64,000 nt of DNA from an uncultured Planctomycetota bacterium (GTDB taxonomy: Bacteria; Planctomycetota; Planctomycetia; Isosphaerales; Isosphaeraceae): assembly GCA_963823665.1 (NCBI GenBank), contig CAWGMQ010000008.1:448001-512000 (forward strand). The letters are read 5' to 3'. Every line of letters starts with the position of its first letter. Position 1 is the first letter of the stretch. A program made the position numbers and the translations under genes. The notes under the pieces are model-generated. The model worked only from the letters and a program-made list of their open reading frames with translations. It did no database searches and had not been told where the DNA came from. Positions 1 to 10,562 of this stretch are shown piece after piece.

Positions 1-1113
1 CTGTGCCTGAATACCGTTAAGCTGGAAGTCCGCCGTCGAGCTCGTTGTGATCCCCGGCGCGGCGGGGCTCACCTGTCCCGTCGGTCCATTGGCACTGCTC
101 GGGGCTGCGTTTCCCTGGTTCGCGACTCCCACGGTCAGTTGCACACCGGAGGAAATCGGGGGCTGCGTGCTTCCGACAGTGTAGACCGTCGTAGCAGCAG
201 ACCCGTCGAAGCTGGCAGCCTGGTCGGAAATCCAGAACGGGCCTGTGCTGGCGAATGACAACCCCCAGGGGTCCTGCAAGTTCGCGTCGGTTTGCTGTGC
301 GGGGACCGTGCCGTCGGAGACGAGGTTCGTCTGGACGTAAACATCCCCGGCCGGGACGCTGCCCGGGGCAGTCATGACTGTGTAGCCGGAGGCGATCTGT
401 GTCGTGCTGACGACCTTGAGGTTGGTCTGGCCAAGCTTCTTCACGACCTTGAAGTTGATTCGCGTGATCGCGCCGCTTTCGACATTGGAGACGAACAACT
501 GGGCCGTCTTACCCTTGTCATTGACCGCCCGAGCCCATGGCCCGTCGAAGAGATCCGAGCTGGTGCTGGCGTCGGACAACGTCTGAACCACTTTGCCAAA
601 GCGATTGATGATCTGGAGCGAGCCTGCCCCGATTGTGTCATCTGTGGTCGGGACGTTGCCGACGATCACGAAGCCACTCTTCAAGACGGTCAATGACTCG
701 TCGAGTCCGGCGGCTTGCGAGGTGAAGAAAACGGGTGCGGTCGCCGGATTTTGACCGGGTTTGATCGCCACGATGGTCGTACCGGTGCCTGGAGTGTGCG
801 TACTGTTGTCGAAGTTTGACACCAGGTATTCTCCCGCGTGGATCAGACCGCCGCCGGGGAACCCCGCGGGGACAACCGCCAAGCCGGAAGGGTGCACGTC
901 GCCATTGGCCGGAACGGTTGTGATCCTTGAGGTCGGCGCGGATGGGAGATTGGGGACAATTGAAGTTCTGTCGCGCTTGGCGGTGGAGACCGCCGCGGGC
1001 ACGGCCAGATGCTTGACATGCGGTAGCGCGGCATCAAACAAGGCTCGTTCTTCTAGCGTGTCAAGACACGGACGCAGATGAGGACGACGCGAGGAACGAC
1101 GACTCTGGAACAT
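1..1113 (-). CDS. Secreted protein with planctomycete extracellular signal, ending in a TIGR03118-like domain (3' end outside window)
   Basis: Not in the ORF track because it runs off the edge. Manual translation from ATG 1113 (GGAG upstream): MFQSRRSSRRPHLRPCLDTLEERALF...YVQTNLVSDGTVPAQQTDANLQDPWGLSFASTGPFWISD, which matches the neighbouring TIGR03118-type protein. Confidence 0.75.
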   Translation of the reverse strand, partial: MFQSRRSSRRPHLRPCLDTLEERALFDAALPHVKHLAVPAAVSTAKRDRTSIVPNLPSAPTSRITTVPANGDVHPSGLAVVPAGFPGGGLIHAGEYLVSNFDNSTHTPGTGTTIVAIKPGQNPATAPVFFTSQAAGLDESLTVLKSGFVIVGNVPTTDDTIGAGSLQIINRFGKVVQTLSDASTSSDLFDGPWARAVNDKGKTAQLFVSNVESGAITRINFKVVKKLGQTNLKVVSTTQIASGYTVMTAPGSVPAGDVYVQTNLVSDGTVPAQQTDANLQDPWGLSFASTGPFWISDQAASFDGSAATTVYTVGSTQPPISSGVQLTVGVANQGNAAPSSANGPTGQVSPAAPGITTSSTADFQLNGIQAQ

Positions 1114-1254
1114 TGCGTGACTCCTGGTATTGGGAGCAAAAAACGCAGGGCACCGCGCTCTTCCGCGCTCGAGCGCGACGTCCCTGCTTGTGGTGGTTAG
1201 TGGCAGCGGAGAATCGACTTCCGGGCGGCACGAGTGCAGGCCACCGGTTTGCGA

Positions 1255-2394
1255 TCAGGACTTCACGCCGCGACGGCGGTTCTTCCAGTACAATCCACTG
1301 GCCAGCGTGCCCACCGCGATCAAACCCAGGACGGCCGAGTTTGGCTCGGGGACGGACGAGAGCTGGATGGCGCCGAGAAGTCCATCCCTGTAGCCGCCGG
1401 TACCGGCCGTGAAGTAAATCTGTTCCGTGCTGCCGGCATTCGTGCCGTTGCCGATGGTCAACGACCAAAGATCCTGGATCACAATCGGCGTCCCGTTCGG
1501 GCCATCCAATAAGCTGGCGGCGCCGGTCGTCAGGTTGATGACGCTGATCTCTCCACTACCCTTGTTACCCACCAGCAAGTCGCCGGCCAGGGGGCCGAAC
1601 GATGACGGCGCGATGGCCAGCCCCCACGGTTGGTCGAGCGATCCGTTAGTGGCCACCCGTGAGAGGAAGTTCCCTGAGGTGCTGAAGGCATCCACGATGC
1701 CGCCCGTCTTGCCGGGCATTTCGTAGGTGACATAGACAACACCGTTCAGGACCTGGACGTTGTAAGGAACAAAACCGGCTGGGAGGCTAGGGTCTTTGAA
1801 GTTCCCGGGCAAGCCGGGCTGAGTGGCAGTCCCGTTGAAGACATCGATATTTCCGGTCTTGGTGTTGGCGGCCAGGAGATATTCGTTGCCATTGACTGTC
1901 ACCAGCGTTGCGCCGTCATAGCTATTCGCGGAGTCAGCGAGCGACAGCACCTGTGCGGTATTTCCCAGTGCCGGCTGCCAGCCCTGGACGGTTCCGCCCA
2001 GGGTGACGAACAGGAAAGGGTCTCCGTTGAACGCAGTGGATGATGGGTTAAACACTTGCCCGGTCACTCCACCGCCCTGAATGTTCACCGGGAAATCTGG
2101 GCTCGAAACAATACTCACCTGGTCAGTTGTGCTGATCTTGTACAGGCTGGCGACCCCGGTTCCCTCGTTTGACACCCAGAGCGGTGACGTGGATGAAAAC
2201 GAAACGCCCCAGGGATTGACCAGGTTCGTGTCCGTGATCTGGGCCTGATTGACCGACTGATTGTTTGTGATCAGGTTGGTGACCGAATAAGTCGGACCGG
2301 CCTGCGCCTGGGCTGCAAGCACGAGCATGAACGCCAGGCCTGCACTGCACCCTATTGCCAGTGAACGACTCGAACGGATCGGGTAACGCGTCAT
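1255..2394 (-). CDS. TIGR03118-family PEP-CTERM protein
   Basis: Signal peptide, YSVTNL...DTNLVNPWG, LDQPWGLAIAPSSFG, LLVGN; C-terminal VPEP + TM + RRR. Start moved to ATG 2394 (GGAGG upstream). Confidence 0.85.
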   Translation of the reverse strand: MTRYPIRSSRSLAIGCSAGLAFMLVLAAQAQAGPTYSVTNLITNNQSVNQAQITDTNLVNPWGVSFSSTSPLWVSNEGTGVASLYKISTTDQVSIVSSPDFPVNIQGGGVTGQVFNPSSTAFNGDPFLFVTLGGTVQGWQPALGNTAQVLSLADSANSYDGATLVTVNGNEYLLAANTKTGNIDVFNGTATQPGLPGNFKDPSLPAGFVPYNVQVLNGVVYVTYEMPGKTGGIVDAFSTSGNFLSRVATNGSLDQPWGLAIAPSSFGPLAGDLLVGNKGSGEISVINLTTGAASLLDGPNGTPIVIQDLWSLTIGNGTNAGSTEQIYFTAGTGGYRDGLLGAIQLSSVPEPNSAVLGLIAVGTLASGLYWKNRRRGVKS

Positions 2395-2842
2395 TTGTGG
2401 TTGTACCTCCAGACAATGACCGCAGTAGCTCTTGAAACGAAAACAGACGCCTCGTCCAACCATTAGCGTCCGCGAGCCGGGTTTCGGTTACATTTTTTGA
2501 TCGTCATGCACGTATTGGATCATGTGAGCATCGAAGCGGCTTTTCCACCAATGCGTGACGGTCGGAAAAAATCCGTAACCGTTCAGTCGGATCGCGGCAC
2601 TTTTATTCCGTACGCCGGGAGAGACTTTCACTTTCAAGGGTGCGCACTGCTCCAGTGCGGCGATAATCTTCGAATAGACGGGTCGGCCCCGGGGAGACAT
2701 TCGGTCTGGCGGGGGGGGTCCCTTCGGATGCCCGGATCGGGCTTACGCCCGAGGCTTCAGGACTTGCGTCCCGTTTGAACCACGCACTGATGTGCGTGGT
2801 CACTTCTTCTGGGCTCGCCGCGCGTTACCGCGCAACATCAAA

Positions 2843-2907
2843 ACGCGCCAGCGAGGGCCGAAAAATCGAATGCCGAATGTCGATCGCCTGAGCCCTCGCT
2901 GGCGCGT
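2843..2907. repeat. REP-like inverted repeat
   Basis: Perfect 16-bp IR ACGCGCCAGCGAGGGC (2843-2858) / GCCCTCGCTGGCGCGT (2892-2907); a related arm occurs near 47101-47120. Confidence 0.75.
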
Positions 2908-3278
2908 CGGGTTAGTGTGGGCACCTGCTCGGCTCTCAGAGGGTCAAGGCGCCGCCGGCCTTGGCTGGATCGACTTTTCGCCCGACTAACGCTCAAGGGA
3001 AGTGACGAACCGAGTGCCGAGCCTGGTTTTCGCGCCAGGCAGGATGTAGGTGCTGTGGCGGAAAAAGTGTAACCCGGGTATCCGCATCGGGGCTCTCTCA
3101 AATAGTGCGGGGGAGGACGACTGTCGCGATCACGTTCAGCAGGTTGAAGCATCGTTGTCGAAAGGCAACAGAGGCTTCATCCGGTGGATTGCGAAATCAC
3201 TCTGCTCAACAACCAACGGCGACATTCAAGTTGCCAAATACACATGTGCCTGAATAAGGCATTATTGAGGAGATTAAC

Positions 3279-5048
3279 GTGTCGCAATCCCATTTCGGAA
3301 CCCGGTTACATCAGGTTCTTCGCGTCTTGACGACCGGAAGCCGCCGCAAAAAGCCACGGTCTACGATACGTCCGTCGCTCCAGTTGGAGCTGCTGGAGGG
3401 GCGCGCCCTCATGTCGGGCATCGCGGCCAGTGGGGTCATCAGCTCGACGCCGGCCGGCTCGAACTTCGACTACACGATCGATCTATCGAATTCCAGTTCG
3501 AGCACCGCCAGCATCGGCACCTTTTGGTACTCCTGGACGCCCGCGCCCTTTGAGGATTTTCTGGCCACCAAACCGGTTTCGGTCAGTCCGCCCGCCGGAT
3601 GGACCGAGACGATCACCAACATTGGCTCTAGCGATGGCTACGCCATTGAATTTGTCTCCTCCGGCACCGCTTATAACGTGCAGGCGGGGAGCTCGTTGAA
3701 TTTCAAGTTCACCAGTGCCGACACTCCCGCGTCGGTCAATGGCGATTCGGTGTTTTACCCGGGCACGCCGGTAGGAACGTCCTTTGTTTACTCTGAGGGC
3801 CCGGAACAAGGTGTTGCCGACGAATTTGTCGTGGCGCCGGCAGCGGCACCGACCCTCCAGTCGATCGCGGTGACTCCGGCCAATACCAACCTGCCCTCCG
3901 GGGAAACGGAGCAGTTCAGCGCCATCGGCACACTGTCCAACAACACCACCGAGAACCTGACGGGCCAGGTGACCTGGGCGTCCTCAGACACCACGTGGGC
4001 CACGATCAACTCGACAGGGCTGGCCACGGCCGTTTCACCAGGCCCCGTGACGATTTCGGCGGCCTTTGATGGCCACACCGGTTCGACCGGGCTGACTGTG
4101 GTGGCCGCGCCGTCTCTCGAGTCGATCGCGGTGACTCCGGCCAATACCAGCCTGGCCGCCGGGGAAACGGAGCAATTCACCGCCATCGGCACACTGTCCA
4201 ACAACACCACCGAGAACCTGACGGGCCAGGCGACCTGGGCTTCCGCCGACACCACGTGGGCCACGATCAACACGGCAGGTCTGGCTACAGCCGTGTCACC
4301 AGGATTCGTGACGATCTCGGCGGTCTTCGATGGCATCACAGGCTCGACCGGGCTGACGGTGATCCCGGCGGTCCTCGAGTCGATCGCGGTCAGCCCGCCA
4401 AATACCAGCCTATCCACCGGGGAAACGGAGCAGTTCACCGCCACCGGCACTCTGTCCAACGGCAGCGCCGAGAACTTGACCAGCGAGGTGACCTGGGCTT
4501 CCTCGGACACCACCTGGGCCACGATCAGCACACCCGGGATAGCTACGGCGGTGTCGGCGGGCCCGGTGACGATCTCCGCGGCCTTTGATGGCCACACCGG
4601 TTCGACCGGGCTCTTGGTGGTGACCCCGACTCCAGCCCCGACGCCGACTCAGACGGTGATTATCGGCGAGCAACCGGTTTTCCAACGCAAACTGAACAAG
4701 AAGGGCGAGCCGATGGGCAAGGCAGTTCTGTCCGATTTCACGGTTGAATTCGGCGTGCCGCTCAATGCCGCGGATGCCGCCATCCGCGCCAACTACCAGT
4801 TGGACACCGTCACCACCAAGAAGGTCAAGAAGAAGACCGAAACGATTCTGCACCCGATCACGAAATTCACGGTCTCGTATGTCGCGGCGAGCGACGCAGT
4901 CGAGATCAAGCTGGGGGCCGCGGAAACGTTCCCGACCGGCGGCCGGCTCACTGTTCTCGGCGGCGAGACGACCGCCGCGGGCGGCACGCTGACCGGGCCG
5001 GCGGTGTTTGCCATCGGAAAGGGCGGGAAAAGCATCGAGCTGTCGTGA
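3279..5048 (+). CDS. Secreted protein with three Ig-like (Big_2-type) repeats
   Basis: LELLEGRALM signal motif; three ~87-aa repeats L.SIAV.P.NTSL..GETEQF.A.GTLSN....NLT.QVTWASSDT; SD GAGGAG before GTG. Confidence 0.85.
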   Translation: MSQSHFGTRLHQVLRVLTTGSRRKKPRSTIRPSLQLELLEGRALMSGIAASGVISSTPAGSNFDYTIDLSNSSSSTASIGTFWYSWTPAPFEDFLATKPVSVSPPAGWTETITNIGSSDGYAIEFVSSGTAYNVQAGSSLNFKFTSADTPASVNGDSVFYPGTPVGTSFVYSEGPEQGVADEFVVAPAAAPTLQSIAVTPANTNLPSGETEQFSAIGTLSNNTTENLTGQVTWASSDTTWATINSTGLATAVSPGPVTISAAFDGHTGSTGLTVVAAPSLESIAVTPANTSLAAGETEQFTAIGTLSNNTTENLTGQATWASADTTWATINTAGLATAVSPGFVTISAVFDGITGSTGLTVIPAVLESIAVSPPNTSLSTGETEQFTATGTLSNGSAENLTSEVTWASSDTTWATISTPGIATAVSAGPVTISAAFDGHTGSTGLLVVTPTPAPTPTQTVIIGEQPVFQRKLNKKGEPMGKAVLSDFTVEFGVPLNAADAAIRANYQLDTVTTKKVKKKTETILHPITKFTVSYVAASDAVEIKLGAAETFPTGGRLTVLGGETTAAGGTLTGPAVFAIGKGGKSIELS

Positions 5049-5157
5049 GCCCCGGGGCGAGCCGCTGGGCGCGGGGCTCCGGGCACCAGTTTCCGCACGC
5101 CTTCGAAAGTCGTTACATCCAGATATTCAAAACTGAGTCTATACGGAGGGCATTAAC

Positions 5158-6393
5158 ATGTCGCGATCCATTTTCGGAAGCCGGTTACATCGGATTTTCG
5201 GCGCCTTCAAGGGCGGGGGCCGCAGCAAAGAGCGTCGGCCTAGAGCGCGTCGATTTCCCCAGTTGGAAACCCTGGAGGGGCGCGCGCTCATGGCCACGAT
5301 CAACGCCAGTGCAACAATCAGCTCGGTGGCCGACGGACCCAACGTCAACTACACACTCACGCTGAACAACTCGAGCACGAGCAACTCCGGCATCGGTACG
5401 TTCTGGTACTCCTGGGTGCCCGCCGGTGAAGATTTCCTCGCCACGAGCCCGATTTCCGTCACTCCGCCCGCCGGCTGGACCGACACGATCACGCATATAG
5501 GACCGTCCGACGGCTACGCCATTCAGTTTGTCGCGAGCAATTCGGCTCATGACGTGCAGCCGGGCAGCTCGCTGACCTTTTCATTCGTGAGCGCAGACTC
5601 GCCCGCATCGATCAATGGTAGCTCCGTAGACTACCCGGGTACGCCTGTGGATACGGCGGTCGTTTATCCGGGGGCCCCATTCAGCGACGCCGGACATCAA
5701 TTCGTCGTGACACCCGCGACGACGCCCACGCCGGCGCCCACGTCCGCGCCGCCGGTCACCGTGGTCAGCGTCCAGGACGTGAAGAACAAGAAGCACTTGG
5801 TGACCGAGATCGTCGTGGACTTCAGCGGCCCGGTCAACGCCGCCGAAGCGGACAGCCTTGCGACCTATCGGTTGGCGACGGCGAACGGGAAGGGGTCATT
5901 CACTGCCAAGAACTCGCCGGTGCTCAAGCTTCGCTCGGCCGTGTTCAACCCGGCGAACGATACGGTCACGCTCACTCCCAAGAAGGCGTTTGCCCTGACC
6001 AAAGCCGTTGAGCTCACGATCGACGGGACCGCGCCTTCCGGCTTGCAGGACAGCTCCGGGCAGTTGATCGACGGTGACAACAATGGTCAGGCGGGCTCGA
6101 ATGCAGTCGTCTTAATCCGTCGCAGCGGTGTGAACTTGAACCCCGTAGCCCCCGCCGCGAAGGACCCGTGGGTCTACGGACCGCCCGCGGTTGTGCCCCC
6201 AGCCCCCGCCCCGCCCGTGGTCGCCCCCGGAGCTCCCTACTCGCCCGTGGTCTTGAACCCCACAACCCCCTCGTCGCCCGTGGTGGTCGACCCAATCCCC
6301 CCCGGGTCCTCCGCCGGGTCCTCCGGCGGGTCCTCCGGCGGGTCCTCCGGCGGGTCCTCCGGCGGGTCCTCCGGGGGTTCGCCGACGTATTAA
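5158..6393 (+). CDS. Secreted paralog of the upstream protein with Pro-rich and (GSSG)n tail
   Basis: LETLEGRALM motif; shares the N-terminal domain IGTFWYSW..EDFLAT.P.SV.PPAGWT..DGYAI.FV with 3279-5048. Confidence 0.8.
   Translation: MSRSIFGSRLHRIFGAFKGGGRSKERRPRARRFPQLETLEGRALMATINASATISSVADGPNVNYTLTLNNSSTSNSGIGTFWYSWVPAGEDFLATSPISVTPPAGWTDTITHIGPSDGYAIQFVASNSAHDVQPGSSLTFSFVSADSPASINGSSVDYPGTPVDTAVVYPGAPFSDAGHQFVVTPATTPTPAPTSAPPVTVVSVQDVKNKKHLVTEIVVDFSGPVNAAEADSLATYRLATANGKGSFTAKNSPVLKLRSAVFNPANDTVTLTPKKAFALTKAVELTIDGTAPSGLQDSSGQLIDGDNNGQAGSNAVVLIRRSGVNLNPVAPAAKDPWVYGPPAVVPPAPAPPVVAPGAPYSPVVLNPTTPSSPVVVDPIPPGSSAGSSGGSSGGSSGGSSGGSSGGSPTY
6304..6375 (+). repeat. 12-bp coding tandem repeat, six copies
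   Basis: GGGTCCTCCGGC units (first and last slightly variant) encoding GSSG. Confidence 0.9.
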
Positions 6394-6776
6394 GCCGTTC
6401 TTGACGTCGTGATCGCGCTCGGCGACAGCATGATGTGAGCCCTGTGGGCTGGCGCCTGAGCGATCCGAAAAGGAGCCCGAAGCGGAACAAAACGGCTTCC
6501 GCTCCGGCTCTCGGAATCGAGCGCGCCTCCCACCGCTCGCGGTCGCCGCGACCGCCGGCGGTGGGGCTGCCTTCTCTCACCGTGACGGACGCGCGCCTGT
6601 TCCATTCGATCGGGCCCACGCAAATCTTGTTCGCAATCCGTTACGAGCGGCCCCCGATCATCCCGAGCATTCAACCTCGAATGCGCTACCCAAGCTCCCG
6701 CGGTTTGTCACTTCGGGAGACGGTCGTTCCACCGAGATAGCAGAGCACTGATTCGTTCAACCAGGAGAGCAGTCCC

Positions 6777-9563
6777 ATGAAACGAAGAATCTCTCGTCAA
6801 TTCCGGCCTACGATGACCCCGGGACACGATCAACTTGAAGCGCGCCAGCTCCTCGCCACGGGCTTCCAGCTTGTGACGAGCGTCTCCGGCTTGACCCCCG
6901 CTGCCGTCGCCGCGATCTCCCCCACCGACGTCGTGGCCGTCGGCTCCGGCACCCTCGCCAACGGCGACAAAGGCGCCCTGATCGAGACCTTCAACGGCAC
7001 GACCTGGTCTGCGGCCACCGTGCCCGCGGAAAGCACCGGCGTCCTCAACGGCGTCGCCGCCTCGTCCAGCAGCAACGTCTTCGCTGTGGGCGATACCACG
7101 AGCAACGGCGTCTCCACCCCCCTGGTTGAGTTCTTCAACGGCACGACCTGGAGCGTCCAGGCGACTCCGAAGCTGACGGACGGCGGCGGGTTCAATTCGG
7201 TGACCGTGATCTCGCCCACCGACGCCTGGGCCGTCGGCAGCAGCGACGGCAACCAGCTCATCGAGCACTTCAACGGCACGAGCTGGAGCGTCGTCGCGTC
7301 CCCGGACGCGGGCGATGATGGCAACCTGGTCAGCATCTCGGAGGCCAACGCCAACGACATCTTCGCCGTCGGCTCCGTCGGCGAGGGGGAGCACCCCAGC
7401 GCCGCGGCCCTGCAATTCAACGGCACGACGTGGAGCGCCGTCGCCAACGGCCCGACCGGCACCCACTCCGTCGACGCGATCTCCGCCACCGACGTCTGGG
7501 TGGTAGGCGGGGCTGGGGGGAGTACCGGGGCGGCGGTCTGGAACTTCAACGGCACGGCCTGGACTCAAGTCTTTACCTTCCCCGGCCAGGCGACGGCCGT
7601 CTCGGGCTCCTTGAGCAACGACGTCTATGTCGTCGGCGAGGGGGACCTGGTCGAGCAGTGGAACGGCACGAGCTTCAACGTCGTCTCGGCCACGGGCACG
7701 GCCGGGTTCACCGGGGTGGCGACGCTCAGCAACGGGACCGCCTTCGCCGTCGGCGGTAACGGCATCGAGCGAGCGACGACCAGCCTCGCGACCACCACGA
7801 TCCCCACGAGCACCGCCCTCACCTCCTCGGCGGGCTCGGCGCCCTTCGGCGGCTCGGTGACGCTCACGGCCACGATCACCCCGTCGAGCACCGGCTCGGC
7901 CGCGCCGACGGGTTCCGTCGCCTTCTTCGACGGCTCGACCCTGATCGGGGGCGGGGACGTGTCGGGCGACGTGGCCACGCTCGTCACCACCTCCTTGCCC
8001 GTCGGCACCAACTCGATCACCGCGACGTATGAAGGCGACAGCAACTACGCCGTCAGCACCTCGCAGGCCGTCTCGGTGACCACCACGCAGGCGGCGACGG
8101 CCACCTCGGTTTCCTTCTCACCGGCGTCGCCGGTCCTGGGCCAGGACACGACCCTGACGGCGGCCATCACGCCGGGGACCACCGGCCCGGTCGCGCCCAC
8201 TGGCACCGTCGAGTTTTTCGACGGCTCGACCCTGCTGGGCAGCGGGACCGTCTCGGGCGACGTGGCCACTCTTGTCACCACCGCGTTGCCCGTCGGCACC
8301 AGCACGCTCACCGCGACGTATGAGGGCGACGGCAACTATAGTGCCAGCACCGCGCCTGGCGTCTCGGTGACCGTGGTCTCGGCGGCCACGCCCGCCTCGC
8401 CGCCGTTCCAGCTCATGACGAGCGTCTCCGGCTTGACCCCCAACGCCGTCGCCGCGATCTCCCCCACCGACGTGGTGGCCGTCGGCTCCGGCACCGTGGC
8501 CAACGGCGACACCGGCGCCCTGATCGAGACCTTCAACGGCACGACCTGGTCCGCGGCCACCGTCCCCGCGGAAAGCGACGGCGTCCTCAATAGCGTCGCC
8601 GCCTCGTCCAGCAGCAACGTCTTCGCCGTGGGCGAGACCTTAAGCAACGGCGTCTTCACCCCCCTGGTCGAGTTCTTCAACGGCACGTCCTGGAGCATCC
8701 AGACAACGCCGGCACTCGCGTCGAACGGCAGTGGTGATGACACCGCGGGAGGAGGCGAGCTCTTTGGGGTGACCGCCATCTCGCCCACCGACGTCTGGGC
8801 CGTGGGCGGGCTGGGCAATGGCCGGGGCGGCCAGCTCATCGAGCACTTCAACGGTACGAGCTGGAGCGTGGTCGCATCCCCGGTCTCGGGTGATGGCACG
8901 CTGGAAAGCATCTCGGCGGCGAGCGCCAACGAGATCTTCGCCGTCGGCAACAGCGGCGAGGAGCACCCCGGCGCCTCGACCCTGCAATTCAACGGCACGA
9001 CGTGGAGCGCCGTCGCCAACGGCCCGACCGGTACCCACTCCGTCGACGCGATCTCCGCCACCGACGTCTGGACGGTGGGCGGGGCAGGCGGGACCGGGGC
9101 GGCGGTCTGGAACTTCAACGGCACGGCCTGGACCGAGGTCACCACCGTGCAAGGCCAGTTGACGGCCGTCTCGGGCTCCTCGCCTAACGACGTCTTCATC
9201 GTCGGCGAGGGGGATCTGGTCGAGCAGTGGAACGGCACGAGCTTCAACGTCGTCTCGGCCACGGGCACGGCCGGGTTCACCGGGGTGGCAACGCTCAGCA
9301 ACGGAACCGCCATCGCGGTCGGCGGCAACGGCATCGAGACGAACGCGACCACCGCGGCGCCTGCGGTGAGTGTTGCCACGCCGGCCGGCAGTGATTCGGC
9401 CACCGAGGCCACGACCACCGCGGCGACCAAGCCGGCCAGCAGTGATTCGGGCGTCGTTCCAAACGCCGTTGCCGTACCGCCCGCCGTGGCCACGACCGTC
9501 GGCGGCACCCTGGAAGACCCGAGCTCGACCCTCGGGACCAGGAAGCACGGGCTCACGAGTTGA
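6777..9563 (+). CDS. Secreted protein: duplicated beta-propeller-like module flanking two Ig-like (Big_3-type) domains
   Basis: DQLEARQLL motif; (H/F)FNGTxWS...SPTDVWAVG repeats; the ~300-aa module occurs twice; PTG.V.FFDGSTL.G...TATYEGD.NY twice. Confidence 0.85.
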   Translation: MKRRISRQFRPTMTPGHDQLEARQLLATGFQLVTSVSGLTPAAVAAISPTDVVAVGSGTLANGDKGALIETFNGTTWSAATVPAESTGVLNGVAASSSSNVFAVGDTTSNGVSTPLVEFFNGTTWSVQATPKLTDGGGFNSVTVISPTDAWAVGSSDGNQLIEHFNGTSWSVVASPDAGDDGNLVSISEANANDIFAVGSVGEGEHPSAAALQFNGTTWSAVANGPTGTHSVDAISATDVWVVGGAGGSTGAAVWNFNGTAWTQVFTFPGQATAVSGSLSNDVYVVGEGDLVEQWNGTSFNVVSATGTAGFTGVATLSNGTAFAVGGNGIERATTSLATTTIPTSTALTSSAGSAPFGGSVTLTATITPSSTGSAAPTGSVAFFDGSTLIGGGDVSGDVATLVTTSLPVGTNSITATYEGDSNYAVSTSQAVSVTTTQAATATSVSFSPASPVLGQDTTLTAAITPGTTGPVAPTGTVEFFDGSTLLGSGTVSGDVATLVTTALPVGTSTLTATYEGDGNYSASTAPGVSVTVVSAATPASPPFQLMTSVSGLTPNAVAAISPTDVVAVGSGTVANGDTGALIETFNGTTWSAATVPAESDGVLNSVAASSSSNVFAVGETLSNGVFTPLVEFFNGTSWSIQTTPALASNGSGDDTAGGGELFGVTAISPTDVWAVGGLGNGRGGQLIEHFNGTSWSVVASPVSGDGTLESISAASANEIFAVGNSGEEHPGASTLQFNGTTWSAVANGPTGTHSVDAISATDVWTVGGAGGTGAAVWNFNGTAWTEVTTVQGQLTAVSGSSPNDVFIVGEGDLVEQWNGTSFNVVSATGTAGFTGVATLSNGTAIAVGGNGIETNATTAAPAVSVATPAGSDSATEATTTAATKPASSDSGVVPNAVAVPPAVATTVGGTLEDPSSTLGTRKHGLTS

Positions 9564-9784
9564 ATTGATCCCGCCAGTGTTAACGAGAGGCCGTGTTCGA
9601 TGATCGTCGGGCGGTCGCGCCGGAACGCAACCGCCCGACGCCGCGCGCTCCGCTTTCAGGGCCCGACTCTCTGCGTCGTGGCATGCCCTCCACGGCAACG
9701 TACGCGCCGACGGATGCCAATTTTCTATGCACACTCCGCCGTTGCTCACGCCCTGCTCGCTCGGGGTGAGTGGAACGGGACGAG

Positions 9785-10540
9785 CTAGCCCTGGATCAGG
9801 AGGACGAACTCTTGCAGCTCACCCTCGTTCAAGTCGGAGACGGCGCAGAAGGTCATCCCTGAACTCGTCCATTCTCGTATATGAAACCCTTGCCGTGTTG
9901 CCTTTTTGGGCGCGGTTGGATCGCCTGGTGACGACGGCCAGATGAAGAGATTGATGGTGTGCTTGCGTCGCTGGTAGACCAGGGCCGCCACGGCCCGGCC
10001 GCGGAGGTAGTCGAGTCTTCCGCCGATCAACGGGAATCCCTGGTCCACGAGATCCTTCACCGGTGGCGAGAAATCGAGCTTGCCCTCGAACCACGGTTTG
10101 ACCGTATGCGCGTCCGAGGATGCCACGTCGAACCGGTGGGAAGGCAACATTTGCGAGCGGACATGACTGGCAACCAGCTCCTGGGTCAAGAACACATCGC
10201 CGGAACGAGCGGACAGCATGCGTAAGAGCCCCCAACCCACGGCAGTGACCAACGCCAGCGAAGCCGCGATGGCGAGAAGACGCCGGGGACTCACACCCGG
10301 CGTGCGATGAGAACGGCTTGCCCCGCGCAGGGACGATTGAACGCGATTCGCCAGACCCGGCGGCGTTTCAAAATAGAGGGAGCTGTTCTGGACGGCGGCC
10401 CGTACCGCCTGGAGATCGGCGTGGACTGCTGCGCACGCCGGGCAGGCCTCGAGGTGCTGTTCAATCTCCAGGCACTTCGTCAGATCGAGCTCGCAGTCTG
10501 AGTAACCGTGGATGAGCGTTTGTGTCTCTGCGCAAGTCAA
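9785..10540 (-). CDS. Zinc-finger (HxxxCxxC) transmembrane anti-sigma factor
   Basis: HLEACPAC, TM helix, VASHVRS...DVASSDAHTVKPWFEGKLDFSPP...GGRLDY. Likely TTG start at 10540 with GGAG upstream. Confidence 0.88.
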   Translation of the reverse strand: MTCAETQTLIHGYSDCELDLTKCLEIEQHLEACPACAAVHADLQAVRAAVQNSSLYFETPPGLANRVQSSLRGASRSHRTPGVSPRRLLAIAASLALVTAVGWGLLRMLSARSGDVFLTQELVASHVRSQMLPSHRFDVASSDAHTVKPWFEGKLDFSPPVKDLVDQGFPLIGGRLDYLRGRAVAALVYQRRKHTINLFIWPSSPGDPTAPKKATRQGFHIREWTSSGMTFCAVSDLNEGELQEFVLLIQG

Positions 10541-10562
10541 GTGGCAAGCTCCTGTCCCGTCG

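Noticed and set aside
2464..3278. Riboswitch (e.g. c-di-GMP) upstream of the surface proteins
   Set aside because: Could not match conserved aptamer motifs by eye; an Rfam scan is needed.
6304..6375. CRISPR-like array
   Set aside because: Contiguous 12-bp coding repeat without spacers. No repeat-spacer array or cas gene was seen anywhere in the window.
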